Shown here piece after piece: positions 49,581 through 62,100 of a stretch of DNA of 64,000 bases; position 1 is the stretch's first letter, and each line of letters begins with the position of its first letter. A program made the translations under genes and the position numbers. Source of the stretch: Bugula neritina (lineage: Eukaryota; Animalia; Bryozoa); the NCBI GenBank assembly GCA_964035545.1, contig OZ037769.1, positions 8,289,929 through 8,353,928 on the forward strand, read 5' to 3'. The notes under the pieces are model-generated. The model ran no database searches, was not told where the DNA came from, and saw only the letters and a list, made by a program, of their open reading frames with translations.

Positions 49581-52165
49581 ATGGAGTTACCACTGGTTTA
49601 CACACCGCTGACTTTACTACTTGCGCCAGCTTTGGCTTCAACTAATGTGACTCAGCAAATGTATTGTGTGAAGAATATCTCAAGGAACGTTGGTTCAGAA
49701 TCTTACATTTTGGAGTCTCGACAAGGTATAAACTTTGTTACTACATTTTAGCTGTAGCACTTGCAAAAGAATATGTGACAAAAAACATTCTATGCATTAG
49801 TATTAGCTTCAAATGTTTAATGTCTCTTCATAGAAATTAAAATATATAATTTTTATAGTCTGAGCTTTAAAAGACATTTCAATGAATAATAGTTCTCCCA
49901 TGGCAATTTGAAGTAATAATTAGCTGTTCAGGTAAGGTAATTAATTTACCTTTTTTGGAATCTTATAACATTAGTACATTAGTACTTTAGTACATTCAAA
50001 TCTGATGAATGTGTTATTTCGGAACTTTGTGACACTGTATCATTATCTAAAATTTTATCTTATATAAAAACAGTTTTCTGACATTAAGTAAAGACTTGTT
50101 GCTTTAACACACCTCTAAGCTTTCATTTGTTTAATTGGTCAATTTGCAAACAAAACATCTCAAAACACAGTTGAGTGTCTGACGAATTGTAAGGGACTTT
50201 ATTTGCATTTATATATACTACAATAAAAAATTATTAATAATTAGCTTGATGAGCCCTAATAACTTTAATCAAAAAATATGGTAAGTATAATTATATTTAT
50301 TACACAATATGGTAACTTCTATGAAACTAAAAAATGATAGGTTAATTGGTTGTAGCACGGAGTATGCTTCAGTGCATGACTCAATGCAGTTTCCACAACA
50401 CCGAGTGTCAATCTGGTACCTTTGAATCATCAGACCAAGTTTGTCAGCTTTATGACAGCATTCTGAATCAGCTAGAGAATGGAGAGAATAAGGAAACAAT
50501 ATACTTTATGAAGTTATTTTCTATAATGATTGGTAAATATTTCATATAAAATACTCTACTCTATAAGACTTTGTTAATATATAGAAAGAAAAAATTGATT
50601 GTTTAACTGAATAATAAACAGGTGTGAATATTAACTAATACTATAAGAACTTACCCGAAACAATGTTGGATCCATGCCAAGTTTTTCAATTACAAAATAG
50701 TTAAATGTATACTGACATAATTACTTTTAGATCAGACATCTGCAGATGTGATCACTTATTACAATAGAATTATTTCTTCTACATATGAGTCCTGCCTGTC
50801 TCTTTGTTCTTGTGACCAATCTTGTGTTGCCATGTCATATGACAAGAGCTCTTCAACCTGTTTCCTGTCTGATAAACCAAATTTGCTGAACACCACACAG
50901 GAAGCAGGTAGATTCTGTTCCATGAAGGAGATTTACTCTGAAGACTTGGTAATCTATGGCTTCTCATCCAATCTTGCTAAAGGTGAAACAGCTTTCTTGT
51001 TGAAACTCTTTTGAATTACAACTTTTCTAGACAAGCGCATGAAAGATATTTGATGAGCTAATTTCGGAAATACAACTATTATAATAAATAGCAACATATT
51101 TTCAAATTTTTCATGTTAGGAACATTTTTGAATTATGGTTAATATTTTTGAAATGATTTTATCACATGTATTACATCTATTTATTCACCAAACAGTATAC
51201 TCAATCATATGACATGCATTATTCAACCAGCAAACATTACAGTTTTCTTACATTTTGTCCACCTGATTTTAGACAAAGTAGTTAACATAAGCAGCATATA
51301 CCATGCAAGGTATTCAGGCTACAAGGCTACTGATGGTATTTACCTCCCTTCTGACTCTGGTCTGGGAGAGCTTGACAGTTTAACACACACTTCACCAGAG
51401 CTGTCTCCATGGATACAAGTGGATTTAGCCATCAACTACTATGTCGATGGAGTCAAAATCTGGGACAGATCTGAAAGCCATAGTTCCGGTGGGTCAATAC
51501 AGTAATTGTTGAGATTTACAAGTTATTTGTTATAACAATGTTTCAATGTACTAACTTTTTTAAAAAAAAAATGAATAACATTTTTATAAGCTGTTTATAC
51601 TAGCTAACACGTGATAAAATTTAAAATATATTGTTAAACTAGCTTTGGCTAAAGCAAATGATTAACCTGGTGTAAACATTAGAATAAAATAACCAGCATT
51701 GAAAAGCATAGAAAACTATATCAGCTCAAACTAAAGGCTTTTATGGCTTTGTATTTACTATTGGCTGTTTACAATTTTAATTGCAAATAGAAATATTATT
51801 TATGTACATGTAGATAAATGTATGTAGTAGTCGAGCAATGAATAGTAAAATTATGACTACATGTCCAGTTTAAAATGATTACATTCCAAGTTCATAGTTT
51901 ATACCATCCTCATCTTTTAGCTAGCAATGACAGACTGGCCAATGTCAGAGTAACAGTTGGTAAAACTGATACTAAATTTGATGATCCACAAGAAGAAGAG
52001 ATCTGCGACTATCTTCCTGGACAACCACCAGCAGATATATTTCTGGTTACATGCCGTACTAGAATGTATGGTAGATATGTGAGAGTAACAGCTGTTGAAG
52101 TAAATAAAGCACTCAATATTTATGAGCTTGAGATTCATGGACTGGAAGCTTTTGGTAAGCCTTAG
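49581..52165 (+). CDS. Secreted PAN/apple x2 + F-type lectin domain protein, copy 2; exons 49581-49725, 50356-50532, 50731-50982, 51273-51488, 51921-52165 (344 aa)
   Basis: Same exon structure as copy 1, 1035 nt open frame, GT-AG introns, about 33 amino-acid differences from copy 1. Confidence 0.88.
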
Positions 52166-52709
52166 CAAACAAGATACATCAATATAGAGCATTTAAAAAA
52201 TTGCATAACTATAATAAAGTTTTTTTATTCAAATATAATATAACAATAGATAAAACTAGCAAAATAGATCTGCTGTATCAAATCAACATGCTATATTGAA
52301 AATAAGCAGAAATTTTGGAATGAACAAAATAGAAGAACCTTTGATAAGCACAGAGGATATAAAGTAATATATTACAAATCTAATAACCTTTTCACCCAAC
52401 TATAATGTACCTATGCTTGTTTTTTTTTATTTATTTTTAGACTATTTAGTCAAAAATCTCTGTGTAAATATTTACCTAAACAAATTTAGGCCTGAATGTT
52501 TTGTTGGACTAGTTTAAGCCAAATTGATATTTTCTCTGTTGTGTATGGTAGATAGTTGTTGTTGTAAATGCCGATGCATGATTAGAATCATTCTCTCTCT
52601 TATTATTTACTGCTTATAAACTAAAACCTTGTATTATCAGAAATAAAAATGTGTACCCAAATTACTGTCTTAATAAAAATGTTCATGGCAATATAGATAT
52701 ATATATGTA

Positions 52710-52748
<39 letters not shown>

Positions 52749-52751
52749 CAA

Positions 52752-52798
52752 TCTGTGGACAGCAGCTGTTTCGGGGTTTGTCCCCTCATCAGCACAGA
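52752..52798 (-). ncRNA. Type I hammerhead ribozyme (unit 1)
   Basis: UCUGUG-CUGAUGA-GGGG-acaaa-CCCC-GAAA-CAG-cug-CUG-UC/CACAGA: full catalytic core, stems I-III, GUC cleavage triplet. Confidence 0.92.
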
Positions 52799-53023
52799 AC
52801 AGAGTACCATGGCCCACACCTTCGCAATAGTAGAAACTTATGTTTCTACTAAAGCATATTTAAAAGGTGTGTAAACTCAAGCCAGAGAGCTCAAGTGACT
52901 CTAGGGGTCACCTAGGAGTCACGAGCCTTGCAAAATGCTAGCAGCTTGAGTTTGTGACCATGGTGAGAGAGCTCAATCACTGAATGTCATTGCTGAGCAT
53001 TAGGTGAGAGCATAATACCTCAA

Positions 53024-53070
53024 TCTGTGGACAGCAGCTGTTTCGGGGTTTGTCTCCTCATCAGCACAGA
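53024..53070 (-). ncRNA. Type I hammerhead ribozyme (unit 2, stem II mismatch)
   Basis: As unit 1, but stem II is GGAG/CCCC. Confidence 0.85.
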
Positions 53071-53295
53071 ACAGAGTACCATGGCCCACACCTTCGCAAT
53101 AGTAGAAACTTATGTTTCTACTAAAGCATATTTAAAAGGTGTGTAAACTCAAGCCAGAGAGCTCAAGTGACTCTAGGGGTCACCTAGGAGTCACGAGCCT
53201 TGCAAAATGCTAGCAGCTTGAGTTTGTGACCATGGTGAGAGAGCTCAATCACTGAATGTCATTGCTGAGCATTAGGTGAGAGCATAATACCTCAA

Positions 53296-53342
53296 TCTGT
53301 GGACAGCAGCTGTTTCGGGGTTTGTCCCCTCATCAGCACAGA
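53296..53342 (-). ncRNA. Type I hammerhead ribozyme (unit 3)
   Basis: Identical to unit 1. Confidence 0.92.
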
Positions 53343-53553
53343 ACAGAGTACCATGGCCCACACCTTCGCAATAGTAGAAACTTATGTTTCTACTAAAGCA
53401 TATTTAAAAGGTGTGTAAACTCAAGCCAGAGAGCTCAAGTGACTCTAGGGGTCACCTAGGAGTCACGAGCCTTGCAAAATGCTAGCAGCTTGAGTTTGTG
53501 ACCATGGTGAGAGAGCTCAATCACTGAATGTCATTGCTGAGCATTAGGTGAGA

Positions 53554-53589
<36 letters not shown>

Positions 53590-54868
53590 TATTGGATTTT
53601 TGGTATATAGCTCAAAGTAATTTTTTAACTTAGAAAAAAACGTTTTATTTTATAATTTATGACTGTACATCGGAAGCAAATAATCTGACCATTGTCTCTT
53701 TTAAAATGATTAATGCTATTTAAAATGTGCTGAGCAGTTTCACAAGTCAGGCTTCATTAACAAGCTTGATTTTGGCTACTTAGTTAATCTATAATAAGTA
53801 CACTACGTGATATTAGAGTTCGGCCTTCAGAAAAGAAATCTTTGAAGTGTTAAAATGATAATACAGAAGCCTTTATATTCAACATTAATAAATTGCAATA
53901 CACTAACATTTCTAAACTACAGTTGATAGATCAATATTGTGTAACTTTATACTACATTTTGTTTTGTTTAAAGTTATAACTGATTAAGGTTTTTAGTAAA
54001 TGAAATATTATGCAAAAAAGCAACTATAATATTTATGCACATATATTGATTATATAAATCCTAACCAAAAAAATATAATCTACTTGTCTTTCATTTATAA
54101 TTTAACAGTAATATACATACTAATCAATTTTTCTTTTTATGTCTCAAGAAAAATAAGATAAGGCTTATATAGTGCATTTGTTTTATAATAGAAGCCATGG
54201 GTGACCCTTTATTGGAATTTAAAGTGTATATGCAAAACCTATAAGTTTATGAGTAACTTCACCATTATTGCTCAACAACAACATTTTGCATTTTAGTAGG
54301 CCACTGAGAACTAACTGTTTCTAAATTAAAATGTTGTGATGATTGCAAAATTAAATTTCTACAATTGTATCTCTACCCAAATTCAAGCAATTAGGAAAAA
54401 TGGATATCCAGCATCTTGAATGAATAATTCAAGTAAAAGTATTAATTGCACAGAATAGTATCCAATATTAACTAGCTGTCTATAAACAAATTTATTTGAT
54501 GAGATACCAAATTTGATTGTTTTTTTAAGTCTGCGCTTTTTCTGAATTTGTAATTTATGAAATACTATTTTAATTCAAAACCAAGTTTTCAATAGAAGCA
54601 TATGAAATGAAGGAAACAAGCAATGTAATATTAACTGCTTTTTATGCTGATAGGTAAAATATTTAAATTGAAAAAAACATATAGCATGGGAGCTTGTTGA
54701 AATCTCTTGAGCATCCGCTTAGTGAGTCTTTTATTAGTTTAGTCCCAGGTAGACGCTTCCCAGTTACACGCTAAGCTAAATTTTCCACTTGAACGTTTCC
54801 CACTTAGACGCTTCTCAGTTAGACACTATTTCTTATTTTGGTACCATATAATATAGCAATATACCTAA

Positions 54869-54906
<38 letters not shown>

Positions 54907-54921
54907 AAATTATTCATAATC

Positions 54922-54953
<32 letters not shown>

Positions 54954-54957
<4 letters not shown>

Positions 54958-55462
54958 GATTATGAATAATTTATTAGGCAAAGTAATTAACTTATATTTC
55001 GGACACCACTTTGCCCATCTTCAGAGTTACAATGAATAATCAAATTTCAAAAGTTATTACGTTATGTTGGACACTATGCATGACACAAAGAATAGAAAGT
55101 GGCAGTTATTGCAAATTATTCAAACTGAAGGAAATAATGTTGCTTTTTATATTACACAAGTCAAAATTATGCTGACTTCTTTGCATAAAAAATAAATTAG
55201 AGTTGACAAAATTTAGATATCCGAGTATAAAAACAACATGAATTAGTGAAAAGTGTGTCAGAGTTGAGTAGTGTAAAGCTTATTGGTATAGTTTTATTAA
55301 TGGTATGGAGTAATTTTGCTTGTTAACTTGCAGTTTTATTGTTTAATGTAGAGAGCTTCAGCTAATTTGCGGTGGTGGATTCCTTTAAATGACTGATTTA
55401 GAACTGGTACATTGTCTATTGAAATGCTTCCGTGGTTAGTGGTGGAGATATGTTGATAAATT
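54954..55462 (-). mobile_element. Penelope-like element 3' end (GIY-YIG C-terminus + pLTR with hammerhead)
   Basis: Minus strand reads IYQHISTTNHGSISIDNVPVLNQSFKGIHHRKLAEALYIKQ, the H...H...IL...RK..EAL.I pattern of PLE endonucleases, followed by a hammerhead and a TA tract. Confidence 0.8.
54988..55029 (-). ncRNA. Minimal Penelope-type hammerhead ribozyme
   Basis: taact-CTGAAGA-T-GGGCA-aagtgg-TGTCC-GAAA-TA-TA-agtta; stem I taact/agtta. Confidence 0.72.
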
Positions 55463-55479
55463 TTTGAATTAATGTCATG

Positions 55480-55975
55480 ATAGTATTCTCTCAAAACAAC
55501 ACAAATTTATTCATTGCAAACATGAGCAAAAGATTAAACAACTTCGAAACAACATTCAAGACCCTAAAGCTCAAGAATTGAACACTGTGAAGAGCCTACA
55601 CAGTTTCTTTTCAGTTCAACTTACAAATCAACAACAAGCTATTGCCAGAGAATTAGATGTACACACTCTTACAAGAACTAACAAAATTCATATTGCATCA
55701 CAACTTGAATCTTTCTACCAACAAACTTCCTCAAATCAACATCAAGTATCTAAAGTTGAACTTGAAGTAATTAAAGGTAAACTCTTAGATATACGTATGA
55801 TCTAACTTTATAAAGATTAAAACACCAAAATATTTTGATGACTCTCCAAAAAAAATTGAAAAATAAAAAAGTGATCACATTAAACAAAACAAAGGAAAGG
55901 GTATACTTTTGTCATGAATAAAAAGGATTACATTACCAAATGTTAAGAAATACTGAAAACAGTAAAATTTTCAAC
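55480..55975 (+). mobile_element. Decayed Penelope-like ORF N-terminal fragment, inverted relative to the adjacent 3' piece
   Basis: Contains the 55578-55805 ORF and downstream remnants KQNKGKG...VMNKKDYITKC..IL...KF, resembling the PLE DKG...V.M...DY..K motif. Confidence 0.6.
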
Positions 55976-56167
55976 ATGTTTCATCCTTTAATTTCAAAAA
56001 TTAGTTGAATACAACAAAGTTTTATTTCCTGTTATTGCAGTGTTATCTCAAACCAATGGTTTGCTTCAGCAAGTATGAAACACTATTAAGCCTTTATTCT
56101 CAGCATGTTGATGTTCACATAACTTTACGATTAACATAATATCATAAACTGAATAAAGTACAACTAT

Positions 56168-59100
56168 TTAAGCATCACAGTTGACAGGTATAGATGAGCA
56201 AGTCTTTACAAGATCTACTCTCAGTTCTTCAACAAAGATGTGGAATGCAGATTGCCAGCCGGTGTAGGCATCAGTGTCACCGTACCCAGAGCATTGACCA
56301 ACAGCATAGGTGATGTTGTGACTTCCCAGAGATATCCCGTGACATATTCCACTCACTGAAATATTTAACAAAAATCTGTATGAAGCTTGTTTCAGTTCTT
56401 CTTATAATTATTTGCAAATACCTATTACCAATAATAAAACATTACATGATATGGTTGTGTAGATATTTGATGTGTGAGTCTAAAAAGAATAAAGAGCTCA
56501 GAAATGAAAAAGTTGAAGCCTGTTCAGAATGAGCATACAGTTCATGTTTTGTATAAGCAACGTATAATTTGTGCCGTCTAAAACCATTTACCTTGCATTG
56601 GATGGTGCATAGTTGTCTCAAAATTGAAGAAGTATATTCCTTCTATCCTCCCTGGCGAAGTGCATTCAGCATTGTCAATTTTAAAAAACCTGTAATAAAT
56701 ACATATATTGGGTTAACATGTACAGTTTTATTACAATAACTAAAATTCCTTATCATTGAACTATTATTTTCATAATCTTACCATCTCCCACATAACGAGT
56801 ACCCATTACCCGATTTAATCTGATGATCTCCACTAGCTGTCAGTCTGAGTCCAGTGTCTGCATATTCCTTCACATAAGTTATGGTGTACAGATCTGCCAC
56901 ATCTTCATCTTTATTACTTGCCCAGTAGTGAAATCTCTCTAGATTTCCGCTGTGACTTCGATACATCTGATGGTTACGGTATGTCACTAAAATATGCAAT
57001 TCTTTCAGGTAAACATCAAAAGAAAGCCTGTGATATTAATTTGATTCAGTACATTGGGTTATAGATTTGAGACAGCAATTAATGTAATATGCTGACTGCT
57101 TTCTGCACAATAAATTTACTTCAAATATACAAATTTTTCATTGTGGCAACAGGAAAGCTTGCCTTGTTAATTTCGAATTAAATAAAGTTTTTGGAAACTT
57201 TCACGTTCTTAGCAGCTTAAAATTTTATACTTGCAGAGCAAATTTTAAACAATTTGTTTTGTTGACTATATGCATGCAGTTTAACTGAAACTATTTTTCA
57301 TTCAAAAATGCTTCTCAATTATAGTAACAAGTTATATTTATTTAAAGTCGAAGCCTATAAACTTAGTTAAATGATGCATTCAGTAACAGAAACATACTTT
57401 AAATAGAAAAAATCATATTGTTGATTAGGAAAAGCAAATACTTCTTCAGAGATATATTAGAAAGTTGTATTCAAATATGTTTGGTAAGACAACTATATTA
57501 TGTGACTTCTAACAAGAATTGATTTCCACTGCATTGACTTCGTGCATGATCTCTTCTCACTTTTTAATATGTATACTTAGAGCCTTGAATGCACTATATA
57601 TAACACCAATTGGAGCTCATTCAGAGCACTTGCATGAACAATTTTACTTTGTTATCCGTATTATATAGGAACTAAAATCTTAAAATTATACTTATATACA
57701 TATTAACTATATGCTCATTAGGAAGTCTATTAGCACCTCCATCAACTGCAAGACCTCTCCTCACTTCTTCAATGTGCAGACGTGAAGGAGAGTTAAATCC
57801 ACCAGTAATAGTTCTTGTGGGTTGACTAAAACTATCAATGCATCTCCCAACGTATATTCTAATGGTGTGTGTTCCTTTAGGCAATACGTTGTCACATATT
57901 CCTTCCACTGAAGCAAAAAGTTATGCAAAATGCATATTTATACTTACAGTTTTATAAAATGCTGGTAAAAAATAGTTGATTATTAGTGCTTGTCATACAG
58001 GGGACCAGCTACCAAAAATGAAATTTTGTTTAGGCTTTTATAATTGAAATATTTTAAATGACTTGCATATGGGTCTGATTTTGACTCATTAAATGCTTTT
58101 TTAAATCAAACAGTTGCAACAAAAGAATGACATATTCACAACCATTATACAGAAATTTAGTGAAAAGCATAATCCATAATCCATTTTTTAAAAATTTTTT
58201 TATGAAACACGGTACATATAATTGCATTAAAATTTGTATTTGTGTTGCCTATCAAAAAATATTCCCAATAGCTAACATAGCACCTTATGTGACTAGAATA
58301 AATTAATCTCCAGTAACAGCTTAAATTAGTAATCAACTAACTAGTCGTTCACTCAAACATATAGCTTATGTAGTTGCTATACGAGACATAGCTTGATTAC
58401 TGAGTATGCATACAATGTCTCCCATGGCTGATCCGGTACTGTAAACAAGCACTGATGATAAAAACTTAGGAAGTATTACTATATAAACTACGGATTCAAA
58501 GCCACAGCAACACCCCCTATACCATCAAAGATCTTGCCAGGTTTAAAAGCAAAGTTAGATTCATGGTTTAAAATATCAAATTTACAAAAGTACGCTGCTA
58601 GTTTCATAAAACGATAAAACAAGACCTAGCCCAGACGACCGGTAGTCTACTAATTATAGTTTTATTATATACGTGAACTGGCAAAAAAAGATGTTTACCA
58701 TATGAAAATTTCCGAAGAAGAGCTTATACTGCACAACAACATTGCTAGGGATTACAAAAAAAGATCAAAGGAGACCTCAAGAAATAAACTTAAAAGCTAA
58801 ACATCGGTGCTTTGAAAAAAAATTATGTAATATTTACAAGTTCCGCTTTTCCTATGATGCCTCCAATATACATAGTTATTAGGTGAAGTGTGAGGTATTA
58901 CATAATCAAGTTGGGGAGAGCACTCACTGTCTTCTATCTTCACAAACCTGTAAAAATGTGAGCAGTATCTAAGAATATGCTAAAACCACCAACACACATA
59001 GAAATTGAAAAGTGTTGAAATACAGCTATAAGTTTTTAAAGTCAAACTGCTAAATTTTTAAAACGACAATTGAAGCTCAAAATGGTGCTTGTTAAATGGT

Positions 59101-62100
59101 AATTGGCCAAAATAAACAAACTTTCACCAGCTACATTTTACACTCGCCATGCATGCAACATTCTTTGGTCGCAGTCCGTGCAGCAAATCAGCATTGTGTG
59201 ATTTTAAAGTACTTTCATTACAAAATATAAATGGCTTATATAGTGTTAAATTCTCAAAAACCTCAGTTAATCACCTTGACAATTGAAATTGTTTTTTAAT
59301 CTAGACACAATATAGATATAAATGTTGTACCAAAAAGAATTCAATATAGTAGTTTGTTTTTTTTATTCAAGAAAAAAAAGCCATTTATTAACTTTTTAAA
59401 AAATGTGATAGACCAAACCTGTTATACTGTTTAAAATTTTGTGTGATCTAAAGCCTGAAACATGTATGAAATTGAGGTTGCTTTAACGATATAATGCACT
59501 GGCGAAAAACTGCCAATAATGATCTATGATCATGACAATCATATATGCATATTTTTGAGTGATTTCCTAAAAAAAAGTTCCTTTAAGATTGTAAGATTAC
59601 TATAATGAGAAGGAGGTTACTTGAAATTTTCCTAAAAAAGTCTTAAAACTTAATAAATTAAAAGTGTATATAGCAGCTCAACAAGTTGTAAAAATGAAGC
59701 ATTGTAAAATAACTAAGAAATACAAACATAATTTATATAAATAATATAAGTAATAAATTATGCTAGTAAAAATACCTAAAAGTGTCGCCTAAACTTTCTT
59801 ATTACTTTATTATCAGTCTAAAAGTCACTGTTTAAAAATTATTACTTAATGCATGGAACTTACCACCTGGCGCAGTAAGGTGGTGCTTTTGTATCAAGCA
59901 CTACAGATGCCAATGCGCTGTACTTTATTCTAAGACTTGTGTCGTCTGAAACTTTGTCGTATGTCACTTCCTGTGTAAGAAAATGCTAGCTTAACAAATA
60001 GATTATGCCGCTTGTAACTATATATTTTTGTTTGAATATAGGATATTTAATTTTTATTCGGAGTTTATTAATCCGAAAATATATTATAATGCATGCTTCG
60101 AACACTGTGTAAATACTCCAATAATAAAAATATTTTATTATAACACCGCTGTTGTAAAAGTCTGATAAAAAAGTAAGTCATGTTTCTTTCTTATCTTGGA
60201 GAGCCTTGCAATGCTAGTAGCTAAAGTGCTGGGCTAGTAAACACAGGGTGGTAGGTTCAGATCTTGGTAAAGATAATTGGTGCTGCCAGAAAAGGCATTT
60301 AACGTCATAATTTTCTATGTGTCACAGTAAAAGCAAGCCTTTAATCTCTCAGGAGTGTTTTCATTGGTGATGACTTTAGAAATAAGTGCGAGGATGAATA
60401 CAAAATTATTTAAAACAACAAATATTTAATTAAACTCTTTTTAGTTGCTTATAGTTGAGATAATTTTAGCGCTATGGCTTGCCTTTAATAACGCAATCTA
60501 AGGTTTCAAAAAGATTGAAAAGAAATTGTGACATTTGAAAATAAATTTGCCAAGATTCAATTGTTAGAATAGCTGCTACAGCAAAAAACAAAATATATTG
60601 TTGGGTACAAAGTCACACGTCCTTTAACAACTTTTTATAATTTTATAGTTTAATTTTTACTATCAAGTTTGATTTAAAAGCTGAAACTAGAAAAATGGTT
60701 TTATTCAGCCAGAGCTCATATTTTTGTGTGGTACGTTAGCTTAAGTGAATAAAGGTTTATGCATGCAGGAATATGTATAGATCATATAGTACCTTAATGA
60801 GGATTTCAACAGCATGAAGATCAACCGTCTGATCAACTTCTTCATTCCAAGTCTCATACATGTAGTTGAACCCGTTGTGGAGAGGGCAGAAAAGAAGGTT
60901 TTCTTCTAAAACATATTGGTGAAGGATATTTATCTACAATACCCGATTTTCATCAAGCTGATAAATACGACTACTTAATATTCATTATAAAGTTGCTAAA
61001 GCAGCTGGCTAGTCAGCCAAATGAACTCGTAAATTAACTTGATTGCTAACATATTCCTAAGATTTATCATTTGCCGGCAATACTATAAGAAAAGTTGTGT
61101 GACATATATTTTATTTGTTTTAGCTAATAGACTTAGCAATTTATGAATAATTAATCTGCTGCTTGAGCTTGAAATCAATAACAATATCAAATTAATTTTT
61201 TTAAGATATTTGCAGCGTTCCAAGTGAGTTTTACCACAATGTATATACACTGAACAGTTAATGGTACAAAGAACAAAGAAACACAAGTTTCTGTCGCTGA
61301 TAATCATAGAGCTCAAACTCACTACATCTGTCATGGTAATGTTGGGAACTTGATGTATTATTGTTATTTATGATAATTTCCCAACGTAATTATAATTGAT
61401 TTTGATTTTGCTAAAGTTAAATTACAAATTTTTTGTAAAGTACTTTTAAGAACTGTGATGCTAAAAGCTAGAAAAAAAGTTTTAATTTGCTTTATCTCAA
61501 CACTTTAGAGACTAATTAGAGCTAAATCAAAGAATTCTTTGTCTTCACAGCGTTATATCTAATTCAGAAAGCTGCTGCATACCTAGAGTTACTTGTGGTG
61601 GCACCATCTCCATAATCAACATCGTTCTTGCAGAGTTCCATCCAGAGTTAGCATCACTGGATCCATAACCATCACATGGGCCGACTACTAACTCTACTAA
61701 TCTGTCACCAGCCTCCAGTCCATAGCATGTGCCATCAACTAAATATTAATTGATTTAAGTGACGCTAACATTACCTACTGCAACAAATTTGCAGAAATCA
61801 ACACCAATTCTAGTTAGTCTCTGTTTTTATAAGTAATGCTCTTTGGTTTATAAAATTACATTGTATCTGGCATCTTAAAAATAAAAGTAGACATTTAAAG
61901 TTTTCAAAAACTTATTATCTTGTTACATAGCCTTTTAACAGTGGTTTGTTTCATGAACAGCATATTATATTGCATTTCACTAAATAGTTCTTCTAGGAAA
62001 ACAATCAATATTTAAAATAGTGTTGTTATACTAAACCTACTGTCTATTGCTCGGTGTAATTCTCCTGTAGTAGCACTGTAATCTAACACCTCAATAGTGT

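Larger units (their letters stand above)
52745..53558 (-). mobile_element. Three tandem 272-bp units, each with a type I hammerhead ribozyme (non-LTR retrozyme-like), inserted in (TA)n
   Basis: Units start at 52745, 53017 and 53289 and are near-identical; absent from the paralogous TA tract at 11749. Confidence 0.92.
42978..54850 (+). repeat. Segmental duplication copy B (paralogous to 1523-17930)
   Basis: See copy A. Copy B has private insertions at 43751-43853 and 52745-53558. Confidence 0.93.

Noticed and set aside
52745-53558. CRISPR array or plain satellite
   Set aside because: No unique spacers, eukaryotic context, and better explained as a hammerhead-bearing retroelement.
61083-61334. 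83-aa minus-strand ORF inside the CTHRC1-like gene
   Set aside because: Intronic, not needed for phase continuity, and no recognisable motif.
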